DNA of 64,000 nt from Octopus sinensis (GCF_006345805.1 NC_043007.1:56358001-56422000); one strand, 5' to 3'. Positions 27,624 through 44,427 are shown, numbered from the stretch's first letter. Notes: generated by a model not told the origin, from the sequence alone. Translations and numbers: made by a program.

Positions 27624-28652
27624 CAGACATGCAGGAAGTAAATAGACACCTTTAATTTAGTACGCAAAGCGAACAATTGAAATTTAATCGATAGGTAGGA
27701 CTACATACTTTAGTATTTAGTTGACATTCGCTTACCACTATTTAATTAAGAAAATATTTTTGGCATTCAACCGATGAGCTTTGTGATTGCCTCTTGTGGA
27801 ATTTCTGACCGATTTTCACGCAACAATTGAAACAACTCATCTTTAGATTTAGTTTCTGTCGAGTTTTTTGTATAGCTCTATCTAGTATGCTCCAAAGATT
27901 TTCAATTGGGTTCATGTCAGGAGATTGGCTCGGCCAAGGAAACCTTTTGACCCCATCTTCTGTCAGCCATTGTTGACTCCTTTTCGCTGTGTGGCATGGA
28001 GACCCATCTTCCATGAATAAAAATTCATTTATCGTTATGATATCGTATGAATACATCGGAAGTAGTCCTTGCTTAAGTATATTGACGTATTTTTCAGGGT
28101 TTATGGTTCCAACACATTCGATCAGCTCAAAACGACCATTGCTGGTGACAGCTCCCCATACCATTACAGAGATACTGCCATGTTTCACCGTTGGTTGGAG
28201 TCGTTTCAAATCACATTCTTGATTGGGAAGCCTCCAGCCATAAACACGTCCACTGTCTGAAAATAATGCAAATCTGGATTCATCTGAGAAAATCACTCTA
28301 TCCCAAAATGAACTGGATTTTTCTGACATCTCTTTAGCCCAAACCTTTCTTTTCATGATATTAATTGGTTGAATGAGAGGTTTTCTTCTAGCTGCTGTCC
28401 ATAATACCCAAGCATGTGCGCATATGTAACACACGTTCTTGGACTAACTTCTATATGTTTTGCAATGTCAGAAGCCTTCGAACGGAGTTCGTTTTCCACA
28501 ATTCTCTTCAAAGCAAAGTTTCCTTTCCGAGGGCCCAGGTCGGCCGGGACGAGAATCTATTGATTCTTTTCCTTGGCTTTTGAACTGCACTATAATTCTA
28601 TTAACAGTACACAAGAGGAATTTGAAGATATTCGTCAATTTCTGTCTCCCTC
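27624..28652 (-). mobile_element. Tc1-family DNA transposon, decayed (DD34E transposase pseudogene), one TIR retained, 5' part lost
   Basis: ORF 27742-28434 has VIFSDESRF, VMVWG, FMEDGSPCH and WPSQSPDMNPIENLW. TA followed by TIR CAGACATGCAGGAAGTAAATAGACACC at 27624. Confidence 0.9.
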
Positions 28653-28659
28653 TTCAGTT

Positions 28660-29040
28660 TTCCTTTCTGCAACCATAACTATGTCTCATTACTACTATTT
28701 GCTACTACTATCTTTGGGAATCTACCATGCATTACCTTCTGCCAGTCAGATAATTTCTGTTCTGTTTTCTGGTTTTTAAGTTCGTTTGGTGTTTTGGTTT
28801 GCCCATGTCTTGCTGTGATTCTAGCAGCTTTTAATAAACTTTCTTCACTATTATCTACATAGGAGACTATATCTACTCAAGCTAACTCCACGCAGTCTTC
28901 CACTGATAGTAACCCTCTTCCACCTTCCTTTCTAGTTAGGTATAATCTTGCTACTCCTGATCTTGGGTGGAATCCTTCATTCATATTAAATTCCTTCCTA
29001 ATTCTTCTGTCTAGCTTTGCTAATTCAGTTTTTGTCCGTT
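28660..29040 (-). mobile_element. R4/Dong-type internal fragment (post-RT region)
   Basis: Minus-strand reading [49 protein letters not shown]; abuts the Tc1 copy. Confidence 0.7.
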
Positions 29041-29108
29041 TATGATGCTCCCCCACTACTTCTGCTCGTGATCAGAGATGCACATATCGTCAGCCACTAA
29101 AGGACATG
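29041..29108. repeat. 68-bp internal fragment of the 556-bp element
   Basis: TATGATGCTCCCCCACTACTTCTGCTCGTGATCAGAGATGCACATATCGTCAGCCACTAAAGGACATG matches the middle of all three full copies. Confidence 0.9.
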
Positions 29109-29109
29109 T

Positions 29110-29645
29110 GTTTAGCCCCTTGTGGGAAGTAAAGAAATAGGTACCATGATATCTGTTCTTTTCAACATTCTAATACTTCCCTGGTTATTGTAGCCGCGCT
29201 AAGGTGGCAAAACTTTTGTAATAGTTCTACTGCGCACTCTATCCTGATATCTTTTATATTCCTCTGGATACCCTCTGACACTGTCCCCAAGGATCAAACA
29301 ATAATTGGTACTATCTTCACCTTCTCCATTTTCCATACCTGAGCTATTTCGTACGTAAGAGGATTGAATATATCTATTTTTTTCGCCTTCCTTCTTGAAT
29401 ATTTGCAGGTCAAAGTGGCACGCAATATCAACTTTATAGCATGTGTGGGGTATCTTGTCAACCACCAGTAGCTCCGGTTTGTTATGCTCTAGCACGTCAT
29501 GTGTTTGGATTTGGAAATCCCAGAAGATTTTTGCACGTTTCCGGCTCCATAACTTTATACATTTTGTGCTTATAACACGTCTTGCCTCTCTCTAACCCCA
29601 TCTTTCTCGCACAGTTTCCAGTGTAGGACTTTCATTATCTTATCG
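29110..29645 (-). mobile_element. R4/Dong-type 3' fragment (endonuclease region)
   Basis: ORF 29199-29495 reads EHNKPELLVVDK..KVDIACHFD..KKEGEK. Followed on the plus strand by (CTT)n(TTA)n. Confidence 0.7.
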
Positions 29646-29683
29646 TTCTTCTTCTTCTTCTTCTTCTTCTTCTTCTTCTTCTT

Positions 29684-29774
<91 letters not shown>

Positions 29775-29796
29775 TATTATTATTATTATTATTATT

Positions 29797-30079
29797 TCTT
29801 TTTCTACTGCATGTTTGTTACAGTCACTTGCAGAGACACACCAAGTGTCCTGGGGCGAGTGAAAGGATAAGAGATATTACAGTATGGCTGAAGGTTTGGG
29901 GAGAGGAAGTAGCAAACTATCTTCATGTAATACAGTATAGACATTTAAATGGTTAGGGTTCTTCTAAGGATGTGGGGTATTACCTAGACAAGTCCGACAT
30001 TCCTTTTTTGTATCATACCTAGTTCACATACAAACAGGAACAGTTCTCGTTTTAAGATGCCATATGTTTTGTATTTCAG
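29797..30079 (-). mobile_element. R4/Dong-type 3'-end-only insertion (about 280 bp)
   Basis: Clear similarity to 36020-36350 (same 3' UTR: TTTGTTACA.TCACTT..GAGACACA..AGTGTCCT.GGGCGAGTGAA...ACATTTAAATGGTTAGGGTT). (TTA)n on both sides. Confidence 0.75.
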
Positions 30080-30108
30080 TTATTATTATTACTATTATTA
30101 TTATTATT

Positions 30109-30664
30109 GAGTGAGCGAGCAGAGCATGCCATCAAAGTGACACTGGGGTAAAATATACGAAGCCCAGTATACCCATCATGACTACCCGTCTGATAAGGGT
30201 ACACCAGGCACATGCATCACAACCATATGTGCGCGACATGGTGATCTCATATCAAGATAAACAGCACATGATCTTGCAGGTGGAGCCCAGTTAGAATTTT
30301 CTTCAGATCGAGTAACCCATCCCGCTCAAAAGGTCCCTGAATAAGGGTTGTTTAAGGACGTTGAACGAAACACCCATGTTTCCAGAGGTGAATTATTCAA
30401 ACCCCAAAGAATCCTTCTCAACACATGGCTATGATGCTCCCCCACTACTTCTGCTCGTGATCAGAGATGCACATATCGTCAGCCACTAAGGGACATGCTC
30501 AACTGGTTATGGTCAAACAACTGACAAGCAAATCTGTGGTATTGAGCAGAATATTTGCTGTAGCCCATCTTTTATACCAAGACAAAACAATGTACATGAT
30601 AACACTTCCAATCAGTTAAGATCAGAAGCCATGAGAGCCACTGCCTGGTACTGCATCAGGGCAT
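30109..30664. mobile_element. 556-bp non-coding interspersed element, copy 1 (probable (TAA)n-targeted SINE-like element)
   Basis: Three near-identical full-length copies with the same termini (GAGTGAG..AGCAG..CATGCCATCAAAG ... CTGGTACTGCATCAGGGCAT), each between (TTA)n arrays. No credible ORF. Confidence 0.85.
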
Positions 30665-30673
30665 TTATTATTA

Positions 30674-30735
<62 letters not shown>

Positions 30736-30763
30736 CTATTATTATTATCATCAGTATTATTAT

Positions 30764-33392
30764 AGTTTTATGTTTGACTTTTGCTTTGCATGTGTACAAG
30801 TTTGCTCCAAGTCACACCCAGAGACCTCAAGAGACAAAATTTTATAAGTTCGTGTTGGTGTTATGCTTAGGGTGTCATATATTTGGTTTTGTTCATAGTG
30901 TTGTTCTAGAGAATGTTTAAGAAAACATAAGAAAATTATGAGTTTGTTTTAAATTGTGAGATTACATATACAGTATATTACGTAGAATATGGGCCTTTCC
31001 CATGGGCACTATCTTTTGAATTTCTGCCATTTTGGGGTTTCCTGGTGTCTGAGCTAGGTAGCAATCAGCCCCTTTTGCTATCATTCCTAGGGTACCTATG
31101 ACACCGGTATTGTTTTAGTCTTAAGGTTCCACATTTTATTAATTTTTATTTCAAGATCGTTATAGTCGCTCAGTTTTTTTGAAGGTCTTGACAGATACGT
31201 TGATATCGATTGGGACAGTCATATCAATGAGGTGGCATGATTTTTGTCTGAAGTCTTTTAATATGATGTATGGCCTATTTGCATCAATCATTCAGTCAGT
31301 TTGAATGGTGAAGTTCCAGAGGAGTGAGATGTGACCATTTTCAAGCACTGGAGGTGGTTTGTGTTCCCACCAGTTTTTATCATGGGCAAGTCCAGGGTTT
31401 TGCAAAGTGCCTAGTGAATATATTGTGCAGCTCTATCATGCCTGTTAAGATATTCTGTAGGCGCTAGAAGACTGCACATGGAGACAACATGATCAATGGT
31501 TTCATTTTGTTGTTGACATACACGACATGTTGGGAAGCTACCGTTCTATAATATGTTGGCCTGGTAGTTCCTTGTAGGTAGGCGTTGATCTTGGGCTGCT
31601 AAGATAAACCCTTCTGTTTCTGATTTTAAGCCAGAAGACACTAACCATTGATGAGTAAGGGCTTTATCAAAATCAGCACTATTAGCTGTCTTTGAGTATT
31701 TGCCATTTAGTCAGAATATCTAAGGCAGCAGTTTTAGAACGGATTTACATGCTTCTAGTACGTCTAATTCTGGAATATGTTGTATTTGGAATTCACTTAG
31801 ATATTCCTTGATATTCCTTTGCCTGTTTTGTTACTGAGTATGATGTTTTGAGACAAGTTTTAACATCCAGTCCTCAGAGATTTTCAGGTAGGTGTCTAGG
31901 CCGATTGTAGCAATCTTCATTGTTAGTGCCAGTTGTAAAAGTCGAAGGCCTCCCCCTTTTCTTGGCATATAAAGTCTATCTGTATCTGCCTTAGGGTGAT
32001 GCATTCTATGCATTGTCAACATTTTTCTTTTTTTTTCTGTCAAGATTACATATTTCAGAAATTGATCAGTTAATGATATTGAAACTCTAAGTCACGACTG
32101 ATATGGCTAAAGCATTGATCGCTTCTATCCTGTTTCTTGCATTCAGCTCTGTCTTCAGTATTGCTCTCACCCTGCAATAACATTCTCTTCTGATTCTTTC
32201 CCTCATCACCACATGTTTCACTCCGTCCCCTTCAATAACCCCTAGATATCTGTAGCTCTCCGCTGGTTCTAACTCTTTTATGATATTCTGCTGGTCATGG
32301 TTAACGTTAGATGATTCTGTCATCTTTCCTTTGATAAAGGTAACTTTTGCACATTTATCGAGGCCAGATTTCATCCTGATGTCAGCACTGAATTGTTTAA
32401 CAATCGCTAGTAAGCCATTGAGTTGTTGGTCATTTTTTTACAAAGAGCTTTAAATCAACCATATAAATGAGAGGATTTATATTTCTAGCAAACATTTTAT
32501 AACCGTATTGTGCATCATTGAGCAATTTTGAGAGAGGTATTAAAGCTAGACAAAACAGTAGTGGTGATAGTGAGTCACCCCGAAAATGCCATATGAAATC
32601 ACCAGCATTTAGAGATTCATTGTCACTGTTCAAAGTCAGTGTGGTTCTCCATGATCTCATGCTTACAGAAAAAAAGTTGCGCTGAGTATGAGCTATTTTA
32701 TACATTTTCAGACATTACTTAATCCAGCTATGTGGTAGGCTATCAAAAACTTTTTTATAGTCTATCCAGGCTATTGACAAGGTTTTGTGTCATTTGTGAC
32801 AATCTTCTACGATCATCATATTGATCAGTAGTTGATCTTTACAACCATAAGATCCATTTTTACATATTTTTTGCTCATTAGGGAATATGCTACATTCTAT
32901 TCAGTATATTCAGTCAGGACAGATGTTAATGGGTCGATCATTTTTTGGTTCATTTGTTTCTTCATTTTTTGGAAGTAGGAATGGTAAATCATTAACTAGC
33001 CAAGAGGGAATCATACTAGGATATTGCGACATACTTTACTGTAACTGGTATTTTTCCCATCTTCCTGTAAAAATTTCTGGAGTTAGTTTTGAACATGTCC
33101 TTGAAGAATCTAACGCGCTTTTCATACCTTGCTATGCGGGCAGCTTTAGCACATACCTTTTGTTTGATGATTTCTATTGTGGTATCAATGTCAAGTATGG
33201 TTTTCATATGATTTTTTTCTTTAATTTTTATAGGTTTGATAGTCTTGTCAGACTTAAGGGTTTTCAAACATTCTATGTCAGACCTAAGTAGCTTAATTTG
33301 GTGTTCAATACGCTCTTGCCAAAAAGGCTTTTTGTGGGAATGTTGTTGCTTTCTAATCTTTTCACCAAACAGAATCGTTGAGGTTTTCGCAG
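30764..33392 (-). mobile_element. Degraded R4/Dong-type RLE retrotransposon, longest 5' extent in the window
   Basis: ORF pieces KAARIARYEKR..F..N, GDSLSPLLFCLAL..YMVDLKLF, GLDKCAK..YRYLGV..YCRVRAIL, MHHPKADTDRLYMPRKGG, plus AQDQ and CRMC regions. (TTA)n at both ends. Confidence 0.85.
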
Positions 33393-35360
<1,968 letters not shown>

Positions 35361-35384
35361 ATTATTATTATTATTATTATTATT

Positions 35385-35939
35385 GAGTGAGAGAGCAGTT
35401 CATGCCATCAAAGTGTCACTGGGGTAAAATATACGAAGCCCAATATACCCATCATGACTACCCGTCTGATAATGGTACACCAGGCACATGCATCACAACC
35501 ATATGTGCGCGACATGGTGATCTCATATCAAGATAGACAGCACATGACCTTGCAGGTGGGGCCCAGTTAGAATTTTCTTCAGGTTGAGTAGCCCATCCCG
35601 CTCAAAAGGTCCCTGAATAAGGGTTGTTTAAGGATGTTGAAAGAACCACCCATGTTTCCAGAGGTGAATTATTCAAACCCCAAAGAATCCCTCTCAACAC
35701 ATGGCTATGATGCTCCCCCACTACTTCTGCTCGTGATCAGAGATGCACATATGGTCAACCACTAAGGGATATGCTCAACTGGTTATGGTCAAACAACTGA
35801 CAAGCAAATCTGTGGTATTGAGCAGAATATTTGCTGTAGCCCATCTTTTATACCATGACAAAACAATGTACATGATAAAACTTCCAATCAGTTAAGATCC
35901 GAAGCCATGAGAGCCACTGCCTGGTACTGCATCAGGGCA

Positions 35940-35940
<1 letters not shown>
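35385..35940. mobile_element. 556-bp non-coding interspersed element, copy 2
   Basis: Same termini and internal sequence as 30109-30664; (TTA)n on both sides. Confidence 0.85.
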
Positions 35941-35996
<56 letters not shown>

Positions 35997-36019
35997 CATT
36001 ATTATTATTATTATTATTT

Positions 36020-36750
36020 ACTTTGAATCTGTATGTTTGTTACAATCACTTACCGAGACACATCCAGTGTCCTAGGGCGAGTGAAGAATAAGAAATATTA
36101 CAGTATGACTGAAAGCTTGAGGAGAGGATGTGGCAGGGGCAGTAGCAAAATATCTTCTTGTAATACAACACAGACATTTAAATGGTTAGGGTTTTTCTAA
36201 GGATGTGGGCAGTACTTGTCAATATAATCTTTTGGATTTCTCTGAGACATGGTTCTCCTGGGACGTTATCTAGATGTTTCTGACATCCCTTACTTATATA
36301 CCTAGTTCACCTACAATAACAAGAACAGTTCTTGCTTTAAGTTTCCACACTTTTTGTATTTCAAATTCCAGGTCCTTATATTTGTCACATTCCTTTACAT
36401 ATATATTTAATAATTATGTCTGGCCGATTAGCCAGGATCGTTCTGTCAGTGTTGACTGGAAAATCTCAGAGTATAATGAGATTTTTATCGTCAACGACTG
36501 TTGCTCATACTAGTATGTAGGAGTGCCGATTTTGTAGTGCTTAAATATTTTCTAATGTAAATACTGTCCTACCTTATCGTGGCGATTTTTGTATTCGTTT
36601 GATGTTAGCACAGGACATCTCGTCACAAGGTCTATTGATTCGTCAAATGCGTCACAGAATCTGCATTTGGGTCAGAACCGTTTTGAAGAATGTTTGTCTG
36701 TTACTTTCTGGTAAGCAACATTTGATCTTGTGCCAGGTATGAGCATAAAG
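36020..36750 (-). mobile_element. R4/Dong-type 3' half (CCHC + endonuclease + 3' UTR) of an internally inverted insertion
   Basis: Minus-strand reading AQDQ..PKCRFCDAFDESID..CPVLTSNEYKNRHDKVGQYLH; its 3' end joins (TTA)n at 35941-36019. Confidence 0.8.
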
Positions 36751-36764
36751 TTTATAATACTATA

Positions 36765-37552
36765 ATAAATTATCTATTTTATATGGACAATCTGAAACTG
36801 TTTGTCAGAAATGACCAAGAACTAGTAGGGCTGCCAACATCTGTTAAAGAGTTTAGCAATGGCACCAGGATGGATTTTGACCGCGATGAGTGTGGTAAAG
36901 CAGCTTTTGTAAGAGGCAAACTCAGACAAACAGCTTCCATTAAAATAGATACCAACGCTACCATCAAGGAACTTGACCCACAAGAAAAGTATGAATACCT
37001 TAGGATAAACGAAGAAGATGGTATGCAACAAGCTACTATGAAGGAATGAAAAGATAAAAGAAGTACTACAGGAGAATAAGACTTATATACTAAAAACTGA
37101 ATTCAACTCCAAATATCGCATCGAAACTATTAACACGCGGGCACTTCCTGTAGTCCAATACAATTTTAACATCATTAACTGGAATTTTACAGAGCTCCGA
37201 TGCTTGGACAGGAAGACAAGAAAACTAATGACATCTAAGAACATGCACCACCCAGACGTTGATCGTCTGTACCTATCTAGAAGTAATGGGGGAAGAGGAA
37301 TAATGCAGGTAGAAATGTGCTATAAGACCACAATAGTAATGAACAGGTACTTATCTAGTACAGAGGACTATACGCTGCGACTTGTGTGCAAGCACGAAAG
37401 CAGCAAAATCACATTCTATTGGCAAGGAAACTTGTAAGTTCGCAAGGCAGCTTGGTATTAATCCTGAATTAGATGAAGAACCTGAAACTACTGCCATCAA
37501 ACAAACAAAACAGATCAAGCAGACTGCAAAAAGAACGGGCAGAAACAAATTG
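36765..37552 (+). mobile_element. R4/Dong-type RT/thumb segment in opposite orientation (inverted 5' part of the same insertion)
   Basis: INYLFYMDNLKLF..ECGK..YEYL, LDRKTRKLMTSKNMHHPDVDRLYLSRSNGGRG; ends at (TCA)/(TTA)n. Confidence 0.8.
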
Positions 37553-37564
37553 TTATCATCATCA

Positions 37565-38659
<1,095 letters not shown>

Positions 38660-40999
38660 CAGTAGTTTTATTTTTATAGCGTGCTTTCACTTCACTACCG
38701 AGCGCAGCTCTGTGTGCCTTGGGTATGTGCTGTGATTTGTTGTGATGCTCTGATGGTTATTGTATGGAAAGTGCTCTGCGTAGGATGTATGCAGTGCCTA
38801 GTAGTGCAATTTTCTGTATGATATATGTGTTTGTAAGTCCTGGTGTTTTTGTTATGTATTTGTCTGAGTATTTTTTTATCATGCCTAATGCACCTACTAT
38901 GATAGGAATTGTTTCTGTTTTCAGATTCCACATTCTAGTTATCTCTATTTCCAGGTCTTTGTATTTTGAGAGTTTCTCCATTTCTTTTAGAGACACGTTG
39001 TCATCTGCCGGTATTGATACATCAATTAGAAAGCATTTTTTTTCTTCATGATCTCTGACAACTATATCTGGTCTGTTGGCCTTAATTTCTCTATCTGTGT
39101 GTATCGGCATATCCCAGAGTATGGTTGCTTTCTCGTTTTCTGTAACCTTTTCTGGTGTGTGCCTATACCATCTTTTTCTGTTGTTATTCCATAATGTTGG
39201 CATAGCTTCCAGTGTATGTAGGTCCCAATTCTGTCGTGTCTGTGAATATATTCCTTCTTAGCCAGGACTGGGCAGCCAGATATATGATTTATTGTTTCTT
39301 GTCCATCCCCACATATTCTGCAGTTACTTGTAATATTTCTTTTCATTATATGTTTTTGGTAATTTCTGGTGGGGAGCCTTTGGTCTTGTGCTGCAATTAA
39401 AAATCCCTCTGTTTCTGCTTTGAGTCCTGAGCTTCTCAACCATTGCTGGGATCTTTCTTTGTCTATTTCTTTTGCGTTTAGTTTAGTGCAGTATTTACCA
39501 TGAAGGGGCTTTTCTTGCCATCGTTTTATCATGGTTCGTTGCTGTTCTATTTTTAGTTTGGATTTCATTTGTTTTATAGCTTTTGTTGTTTCTTCATCAT
39601 CTTCTTCTTCTTCTTCTTCGTGTTTATTAGGTGGTATGATTTCTTGTTTGTATTTGTCAGCTTCCTTAAATACTGAGAACAGTTTTTTGTTTTGCTCGTG
39701 TTTTGCTGCTATCTGGATCAGTTTTCCTTCCTTCTGAAGTAGGTATTTTTGCAGTCCTATGGTGGTTATTTTATAGTAGTTTTCCAGCTGTGTAAGGCCT
39801 CTACCACCTTCTATACGTTGTATATATAGTCTTTCTATGTCAGATTTTGGGTGATGCATCCTAGATCCTGTCAGTATTTTTCTTGTTTTCCTATCTATTT
39901 TGGACAGTTCATTTCGTGTCCAGTTAAGGATATTGTAGCTGTAACTTATAACTGGGACAGCTAAAGTGTTGATACCTATTATCTTGTTTTTAGCATTGAG
40001 CTCTGTTTTTAGTATTGATCTAACTCGTCTATAATATTCTTTTTTTATTTTCTCTTTCATTTGTGTGTGTTGTGTCTTATCTAGTTCATGGATTCCTAAG
40101 TATTTGTAAGTTTGGCATTGGTCTAATTCTTTTATTTCATTGGTTTTATCTAGTGTGATGTTGTTACTTTTAACTAGTTTTCCTCTTTTCATGGTTACTT
40201 TGGCGCATATTTCTAATCCAAATTTCATATCTATTTCTTTGGTAAATGCATGAACTGTCTTTAATAGTGTTTCCAGCTGTTTGTCATTTGCAGCGTATAG
40301 TTTTAGGTCATCCATATGTAAAAGGTGGCTGATCGTTTTGCCGTAACATTTATATCCGCATCCAGTTCTATTTAGCATATCAGATAGAGGTGACAGTGCC
40401 AAGCAGAAAAGGAGTGGAGAGAGCGTGTCTCCCTGGAATATTCCTCTTCTGATGGGGATGTCTTTGGTTTTCATGAGTCCCTCTTTTGTTGGAGATGTAG
40501 GACTGTTTGCCATTTATTCATAGAGTGCTCTATGAATTTTATGATTGTTGGTGCTACTTTGTTAATGGCTAGTGTTTCAAGGATCCATGTGTGGGGGATG
40601 CTATCAAACGCCTTTTTGTAGTCAATCCAGGCCATACTGAGGCCTTTCTTCTTTCTGTGGCTGTCTTCAGTTACGGCTTTATTAACCATTAGTTGATCTT
40701 TACAGCCATATGAGCCTTTGCGGCATCCTTTCTGCTCTTCTGGGAACAGTTTGTTTTCGTCCAGGTGCTTGTTCAGCCTTTGCGATATCACTGCAGTATA
40801 TGCCTTGAACATAGTAGGGAGGCAGGTTATTGGTCTGTAGTTTTCTGGTTTTGCTGTTTCATTTGATTTGGGAATTAAGATGGTTTTCCCCTTCGTGAGC
40901 CATTCAGGCATTGTCTCTGGCTCTGCTAGTATGCTGTTAAAGTTTTCAGCCAGCTTTTTGTGCATTCCTGTTAGATATTTCAACCAGAAGTTGGGGATC

Positions 41000-41000
<1 letters not shown>
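38660..41000 (-). mobile_element. R4/Dong-clade RLE non-LTR retrotransposon, 5'-truncated, best-preserved copy (RT + CCHC + restriction-like endonuclease; two frameshifts)
   Basis: ORFs 40471-40983, 39062-40513 and 38757-39203 join into YRPITCLP..EEQKGC..WIDYKKAFDS..GIFQGDTLSP..HMDDLKL..HHPKSDIERLY..EGGRGL..AAQDQ..CRICG..H..C..RHD..RPDI..DVSIP..EKLSKY..GALG. It is flanked on both sides by (TTA)n. Confidence 0.92.
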
Positions 41001-41078
<78 letters not shown>

Positions 41079-41237
41079 CATTATTATAGATATTGATATT
41101 GCAATAGTTAATTTCTAATTTTTCTCACTTTATATATATCCAATATCTATACTTCCAACAAAGTTTAGAAAACCAGATTTCAAACTAATCTTATCACCTT
41201 TAATTTCTAATTCTAAACTTCACCCTCTCTCTCTCCT

Positions 41238-41283
<46 letters not shown>

Positions 41284-42125
41284 TCTCTTCCACACTATGC
41301 ATATATGTATACATACACACACACATACACACACATACACGCACACCATCGTATTAAGTACACATACAAACATTCATATACGCATACATATCTATATTTG
41401 TTTACATATAATTGGCGAGCTCATACAAATCTTACAATGAATACAAACATACTCACGCACAGTAACACTCACACATATGCATACTGTTGGAGATACAAAA
41501 TGCACATACAAACATACACGCACAAACACACTTAGAAACATATATACACGCATACACAAACAAACACAAATGCACATTACAAACACACTGTGACTGTAGT
41601 TGTTCTGTATTCGGTGGGATTGCCACATCGACAATGTGTTCGACAGTTGATGGACCATCAAAGAAACTTTGCCGATTGTAGTGAATAGTTGAGAAGTCAA
41701 CACTTTCGTCAGGTTTATTGTTTTAGTGACATAAGCGGTAATATGAGGCTGCTTGTTCTGTAAGTGGAAGCTACAGAGTGTTATTACAGCACACTTTCTG
41801 ATTTGTGTGTGCATGTATTATCATATGCATGTATGTCGTTGCCTGTGTGTGTGTTTTCTGCGTTGATTGGTGTGTTTTGCGCGGCTATTTTGCTCTTTGC
41901 AGTAAGTTTACGATAACAACAGGAGCAAACGTTAGCGGCATCTATAACACAATGATATATGTCTGTGAGCTTCTGTGGGAATGTGTGCGTATGCATGAAA
42001 GAAATAAGGTATATTTACACTCACGGGCAGACTCACACACACGAATACATACACACATACACACGGACAATACACACACATAAATAAGAACCTACTATTT
42101 TATGTCTGTCTCAGTCTCTCCTTAT

Positions 42126-42194
<69 letters not shown>

Positions 42195-42238
42195 AATGTG
42201 TGTGTGTATATATGTTACATTGTTTATTATTATCATTT

Positions 42239-42279
<41 letters not shown>

Positions 42280-42320
42280 GCTGCTGCTGATGCTGCTGAT
42301 GCTATTACTACTACTACTAA

Positions 42321-42515
42321 GGCGGCGAGCTGGCAGAATCGTTAGCACGACGGGTAAAGGCTTAGCGGTGTTTCGTCTCTCTTCACGTTCTCAGTTCAAA
42401 TTCCGCCGAGGTCGACTTTGCCTTTCATCCTTTCGGTGTTGATAAATAAAGTACCAATTGAGCACTGAGGTCAATGTAATCGACTTACCCCCCTTACTGA
42501 AGGGAAATGCGAAGG
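42321..42515 (+). mobile_element. SINE family 2
   Basis: Same head and core as 6225-6436; preceded by (CTA)n. Confidence 0.85.
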
Positions 42516-42601
42516 CGGGAGCCCGAGAGATGCATGATAGACCCACACACAAACACACACACAGATATATATAATATGATATAATATGCATATATACATA
42601 T

Positions 42602-42690
<89 letters not shown>

Positions 42691-42704
42691 TGTATGTATA
42701 CATA

Positions 42705-43056
42705 GGCGCAAGCGTGGGGTGTGGAAATTAGCTTGCTTTGTAACCACATCATTCCGGATTTAGTCCCACTGCGTGGAAACTTGGGCAAGAGTCTTCTACT
42801 AAAGCTTAGGGCCGACCAAAGCTTTGTGAGTGGATTTCGTAGGCATGTGTCCTTGTGTTTGTGTTTGTCCCCTCCCACGCTTGACAATAGGTGTTGATGT
42901 GTTTATGTCCTCATAACTTAGCGATTTGACAAAGGTGGAAAATAGAATAAGTGCAAGGCTCACTATAGAATTAGAACTGGAGTCGATTCATTCTAAAAGT
43001 TCTTCAAGACGACACCCCAGGTTGGCGGCAGACTAATGACTGAAATACATAAAAGA
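42705..43056 (+). mobile_element. SINE family 1, diverged
   Basis: GGCGCAAGCGTGGGGTGTGG...GGGCCGACCAAAGC...TAATGACTGAAA. Confidence 0.8.
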
Positions 43057-43076
43057 TAATCTCTCTCTCTCTCTCA

Positions 43077-43122
<46 letters not shown>

Positions 43123-43287
43123 GCACACACACACACACATATACATAAATCGCGTTAATAGCAATCTAGCCTCTCCCTGGGCGAATAATACAATTATAAC
43201 ACAAATTAGGAATAAGCGTGGAATGTTAATCTGGAAACTGAGTTGAAATAACAAGCAAAAATATACTGTATCAAGGCAAGGTACTGA

Positions 43288-43322
<35 letters not shown>

Positions 43323-44119
43323 TATATATATGCATACATACATGCATACACACACATACACGCATACATATATGTGCATGTGTGTTTATATGTATATATA
43401 TTTGTACATCCAAGAGTATAGATCAGTTTGTATTTGTGTGGTGTAAAATAATTAAATGAAATAAAAAGTACAAGGAAGTTCAATAGGAAGATGTATATTC
43501 TAATAGTTTTCTTTAAAAACAAGCTTAACGCTCGATCATTTTATAACTATTTCAAAGTGTCAATGAGTTTATAAGGTATATTTTTAATCTACAATAATGC
43601 TATGAATTTTGAGATAACGAAGAAGTAACAATGACGTAAATATGCATTTTTGAATCAGTCTGGCAGATTTGAACGCGAATATATGAATCGTTGTTGTAGT
43701 TTGTCCATGGAGAACAAATCCTTTCCTAAAATGGGTGTTCACAGCGCACTCTATTCATTGAGGTAAAGGTAATTTAAGACAACGCAATGTTTCGGGCTGC
43801 TTGTGTCTCTTCAGTCTAAGCTACTCACCGAGTCAATCAAAGTAAATCGGAATTTAGCGTTTTGTTTTTATTAATTTGGCACACAAATTATTGCTGATTC
43901 GTACTGATGTCTGCTATATCGATATTTAATTACTAAGTGCACAGAACAAGAAATAAGTCGAAAGTGTAATGCAAATAATCTTAGACGTCGTCACTTTATG
44001 TCCTTTGTTCTTCAAGTACTTTCACAACTTATGTATATTCCTTGTGACTTCCAAAAAAAAAGACGCATACGTATATATGTCTGTCTGTCTGTATGCATGT
44101 ATGTATCTATGTATCTATG

Positions 44120-44427
<308 letters not shown>

